A stretch of 64,000 bases of DNA from Eledone cirrhosa (lineage: Eukaryota): contig OZ024757.1 of NCBI GenBank assembly GCA_964016885.1, positions 39,928,001-39,992,000 on the forward strand, given 5' to 3'. Positions 59,722-64,000 of the stretch are shown here, in pieces; positions within the stretch are counted from its first letter, which is position 1; each line of letters starts with the position of its first letter. The position numbers and the translations under genes were made by a program. Below the pieces are notes generated by a model. It saw only the letters and a program-made list of their open reading frames with translations, was not told the DNA's origin and did not search any database.

Positions 59722-59905
59722 GTAGAAAGGCTTCTACAGGACTAGAACTGTTTCATTCCGGAGAAATCATCAGAAATCATGATTTCTCCGGAATGAAACA
59801 GTTCTAGTCCTGTAGAAACCTTTCTACATTAAATATTTATACTCTGCTTTGTATTGAGTACCTTACTTACAGTGGTATCCCCGATTGAACCCGGGATAAA
59901 CTTAC
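59718..59905 (+). mobile_element. Family B fold-back element (HHR-like core)
   Basis: 53-bp inverted arms (59718-59770 / 59779-59831, one mismatch). The minus strand reads CTGATGA-tttctccggaat-GAAA-cagttctag-TC. Tail with TATTGAGTAC (59852). Confidence 0.75.
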
Positions 59906-60419
59906 CTAGATAGATAGATAGATAGATAGATATAGATATATTATTATTATTATTATTATAGTGTTATTCGTGACATAAAAGTAAATTCTTCTTCTGCCGC
60001 TAAAGGCGAGTTTCTAGCAAGTCAACAACTAAAAGCTAAACAACATCACACGATAAATACCTAAATATATATAACAATCCTAATGTATGAACTATTTGTA
60101 AAAAAAAGATGGAGATTGGTGGTGAATTGTTGTTGATGTTGGAGCGACAACGCTTGGAATATCGAGTAAAAAAAGATAAGCTGTTGATATCATCAACGTC
60201 ATCGTTATGATGATTAGCTTGATAGTTATAAGCATCATCATCATAGTTAACATCAATTATCACTGTCATTGTTTCCATCAATCGTCACCACCATCGCCAC
60301 TGTCATCACCATCTTTGTCATCATCATTATTAGCATCATCACTGATATTATCATTAAAAACATTGCTATGATCATCATCATCGTTACCGTTATTAGCATA
60401 ACATTTTTTAAAAACATTT

Positions 60420-61090
60420 CATCTCTCTCACACCACCAGCACATCACTCTCTCACTACCATCACTAGTACCTCTCTCTCTCACCACTAGCTCTCTCATAC
60501 CACCGCCATCAGCACATCACTCATTACCATCACTAACACCTCTTTCTCTCTCTCTCACCACCAGCTCTCTCATACCACCACCATATCTCTCTCACTACCA
60601 TCACTAACACCTCTCTCCCTCTCACCACCAGCTCTCTCATACCACTACCAGCTCTCTCTAACTACCATCAATATCACCTCTCCCTCTCACCACCAGCTCT
60701 CTCATACCACCACCATCTCTCTTTCTCTCACCACCAGCTCTCTCATACCACTCCCATCTCTCTCACCACCAGCTCTCTCATACCACCACCATATCTCTCT
60801 CACTACCATCACTAACACCTCTCTCCCTCTCACCACCAGCTCTCTCATACCACTACCAGCTCTCTCATACCACTACCAGCTCTCTCTAACTACCATCAAT
60901 ATCACCTCTCCCTCTCACCACCAGCTCTCTCATACCACCACCATCTCTCTCTCTCTCACCACCAGCTCTCTCATACCACTCCCATCTCTCTCACCACCAG
61001 CTCTCTCATAACACTACCATCTCTCTCTCACCACCAGCTCTCTCATATCACCACCATCTCTCTTTCTCAAATCTTTCACCAGCACCTTTT
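60420..61090. repeat. C-rich minisatellite (ctctcaccaccagctctctcataccac units) with higher-order duplication
   Basis: Repeated ~30-bp units; block ~60555-60765 is repeated at ~60765-61000. Confidence 0.9.
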
Positions 61091-62339
61091 CTCCCTTACA
61101 ACCATCCTCACCACCGCACCATTCTCATCACCACCACCACCGTATCTCCCTCACTACCATCAAATCTCTATCACCAGCACCACCATCATCTCTTTTCTTA
61201 CAGCAGTACCATCACCACCTCTCTCTCTCACCACTACCTCTATCACTCGCTAACACCACCACCCTCACTACCAACCACCCCTCTCTCTATCCCCCATCCC
61301 CTCTATAATCTATGACTAACCCTCTCACTTCAATAGTTCAATGTCTTCCATCTTTAAGTCTCAACAGATCTCACATAGAGACGCTAATCAGGCTGAAACT
61401 TACTCCTCTTTTCTTTTCCTTTCATTCAACAATTAAACAACCCCCCCCCCACACACACGTACATATATACATACACAAAGGAACATACATACATACACAC
61501 ATATATATATATATATATATACATACACACACACAAAGGAACATAAATACATACACATACAAACATATATATATATATATATATATACACAAAATGTTTG
61601 AGGAGAAAATTTTTCGCTCGTTTGTCTTGTATTGGACTGTTTCATCTTTGCATCTGAAAAGTGGGTTATAACCCCGAAATATCATTGTAAAATACACTGG
61701 GTAAAACATTACTTTGCTTTCATTTGGCCTTCAGATTTTTCCATCACTTTGTACCGGTTTTCTTACAACAGATTATCGGCCTTTTACTATACAGATATAT
61801 AGTAAAAGCCCGATAATGTTTTGGCCATCCAAAGTATATACATATGGATATATTTTGTGTATATATAATGTTTATATAATGTATATACATACGGATATAT
61901 TTTAAAATATATTTTTATAAATATATATTCATAATTTTCATCTTTTAATTTTTAACATCTTCATTTTTTACTTTCTTAACTTTATATGAAAATCTCCTAA
62001 CATGGGGGTTCACAGGTGCTTGTTTGTGGGACGGGCCTATTTTGGGGTTAGCTGTCAATATATCAGATTACGCAGTCCCGGACCAAACACACTGACACAC
62101 ACACAAACTACAAGCAGTTATCGATTATTTGTATATAGATATATAGTAAAAGGCGGATAATTTATTGGCCATCCAATAAAGTATGTAGATATGTATATAT
62201 ATTTTATATATATATATATGATACTCTCTTTTTTTACTTTGACAGCTCACATCTATGCAGGTTTAGCTGGCCTCCTCCAAGGTATATCTCGTTGCAGGTG
62301 TCTTGGGTAATTTTAATGATAGGGACCCCAGTCCTATCA

Positions 62340-62482
62340 TCTCATTTCTACAACTGAGTAAACTGTAGCAACGTGAAATAAAGTGTCTTGCTCAAGGAAA
62401 CAACATCACCCCGTCTGAGAATTGAACTCACAACCTTTCGATTGCAAGCCCAATGTTCTAACCACTAAACCATGTGCCTTCC
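62340..62482 (-). mobile_element. SINE-2 head region
   Basis: agcaacgtgaaataaagtgtcttgctcaagg...gagaattgaactcacaacc...ctaaccactaaacca. Confidence 0.65.
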
Positions 62483-63882
62483 TATATATGATAAGCTCCT
62501 ACTAAGCGCGTTTACGGGAGTTTGTGGGGAGAACGGCACTATAATAAAGCTAGCTGTGAATATACTAGAATAAGCAGCCCTGAACCAAATCAAATGTGAT
62601 CCTTTGTTGAGGCTTAGTATCCGGAAACCACTCTTGCCAGGGTTATATTCGAATACATTGGCAGCAGGATGTCGGATCTGAGAAGAGTGGTGAAATCTAA
62701 TAAAGCTAACATTTGACTTTGTATCACAAAGGTGTCATGCAAGTGATCCATCATTTTGGACAATGGATAAGACCTAAATATTCCGTGTTAGATGAATATT
62801 ACTTGAACATAAAGAATATCGGTTTGCGTTTCCTACTACTGCCCAACCGAAATTCATTGGATAGGGGTGTTTCACTGGACAACCGGGGATAAGATAGGAT
62901 AAGATACTTAAAATATATTTTTACCCTTAAAAGACTTTTCCTCATTCTATCTATCTATAGTTCATAATTCAGAAACGGAGTCAGGGCGGAACGGATCTTA
63001 CACCTATTTAAATAAATACAAGTCCTACTCCCGGCCCTGAAATTCCTTGTGTAAGCTGAGTAAACTGGTATCCAAGGACATTAGAGTGTGTTAGGTTAAG
63101 ACATAACAGACCAGCCTGTATAAGAACTGAAGTAGCTATGATATTGGCCCTTACGCCAATAAAAGTCCACTGCCTTCATCATAAAATTCATCAAGCGCGC
63201 GAAATGAAATCGGAGCGTATTCTCACAATCGGATGTCACAGTTATTGCTTTCCGTTGAAAGGGTTTCTAATGAAATAGCAATAGTATTGATAGAGTAGAA
63301 AAATTGAATGAAGCGGGATGATATATATTGTTGGAGGTGAAGTTCGTGATATTCCGACATAATATAATATAATATCAGGATACTTCACAACGATTGGTCG
63401 ATAACGCTCGCAGCTTTTATCGTCTCGAAAGTATTCATGATCAATCTCAAATAATTTTTATCGAAAACAGATGAAAATAGGCGGAGAGGTTCTCATAGAT
63501 TAATTGTACTACTGCTAGTACTACTGTTGCTTATCACAACCGGACTAACTAGGTTGACTATAAAGACATATATTCCAGTTGGTACAAAACTCTATTTGGT
63601 TACTGTTTTTCAGTTCTTTGATATATACTTAAAAGTACCAATTCAGATTGAGAATATAGCCTTCAGATACGAGCTAGATATAACATTTTGGTAATATTTA
63701 CACGTACTTACATACGACACACACACAAACACCATATCTATGCAGAATTACATGTATGCGTGTATATATATATATATATTATATACATATAAGTTTAGTT
63801 AAGAGGGGCATATATATATAAGTTTAGTTAAGAGGGGCATGTATATATATATGTGTGTGTGCCCCTCTTAACTAAGCTTATT

Positions 63883-63913
<31 letters not shown>

Positions 63914-64000
63914 TTATATATATATATTTATATATATATATATATATAAATAACAGATTAAAGTTTAACCAAAGAATCGCTGTGCTTAAACTTTAATCTG

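Noticed and set aside
60420-61090. Many GCTGGTGG (E. coli Chi) octamers on the minus strand
   Set aside because: By-product of the minisatellite unit; RecBCD Chi has no established role here.

Overview
Eukaryotic, very AT-rich, repeat-saturated 64 kb window in which I recognise no host protein-coding gene, so it is probably intronic or intergenic. The mix of repeats (dense (TA)n/(CA)n/(GA)n microsatellites, tRNA-headed SINEs, decayed RTE-clade LINE fragments) suggests an octopod cephalopod genome; this is inference. The long ORFs in the track are microsatellite artefacts. The main signal is a set of at least five families of short (150-550 bp) elements inserted in (TA)n tracts. They share one architecture: a fold-back inverted repeat carrying a minimal type I hammerhead ribozyme (HHR) core, plus a short tail with a GAGYRC motif. 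One HHR is canonical (39478-39519), and one fold-back carries a complete HHR on each strand (55548-56021). These resemble Penelope-like element pseudo-LTR or retrozyme derivatives. Coordinates were read by eye and may be off by a few bases.
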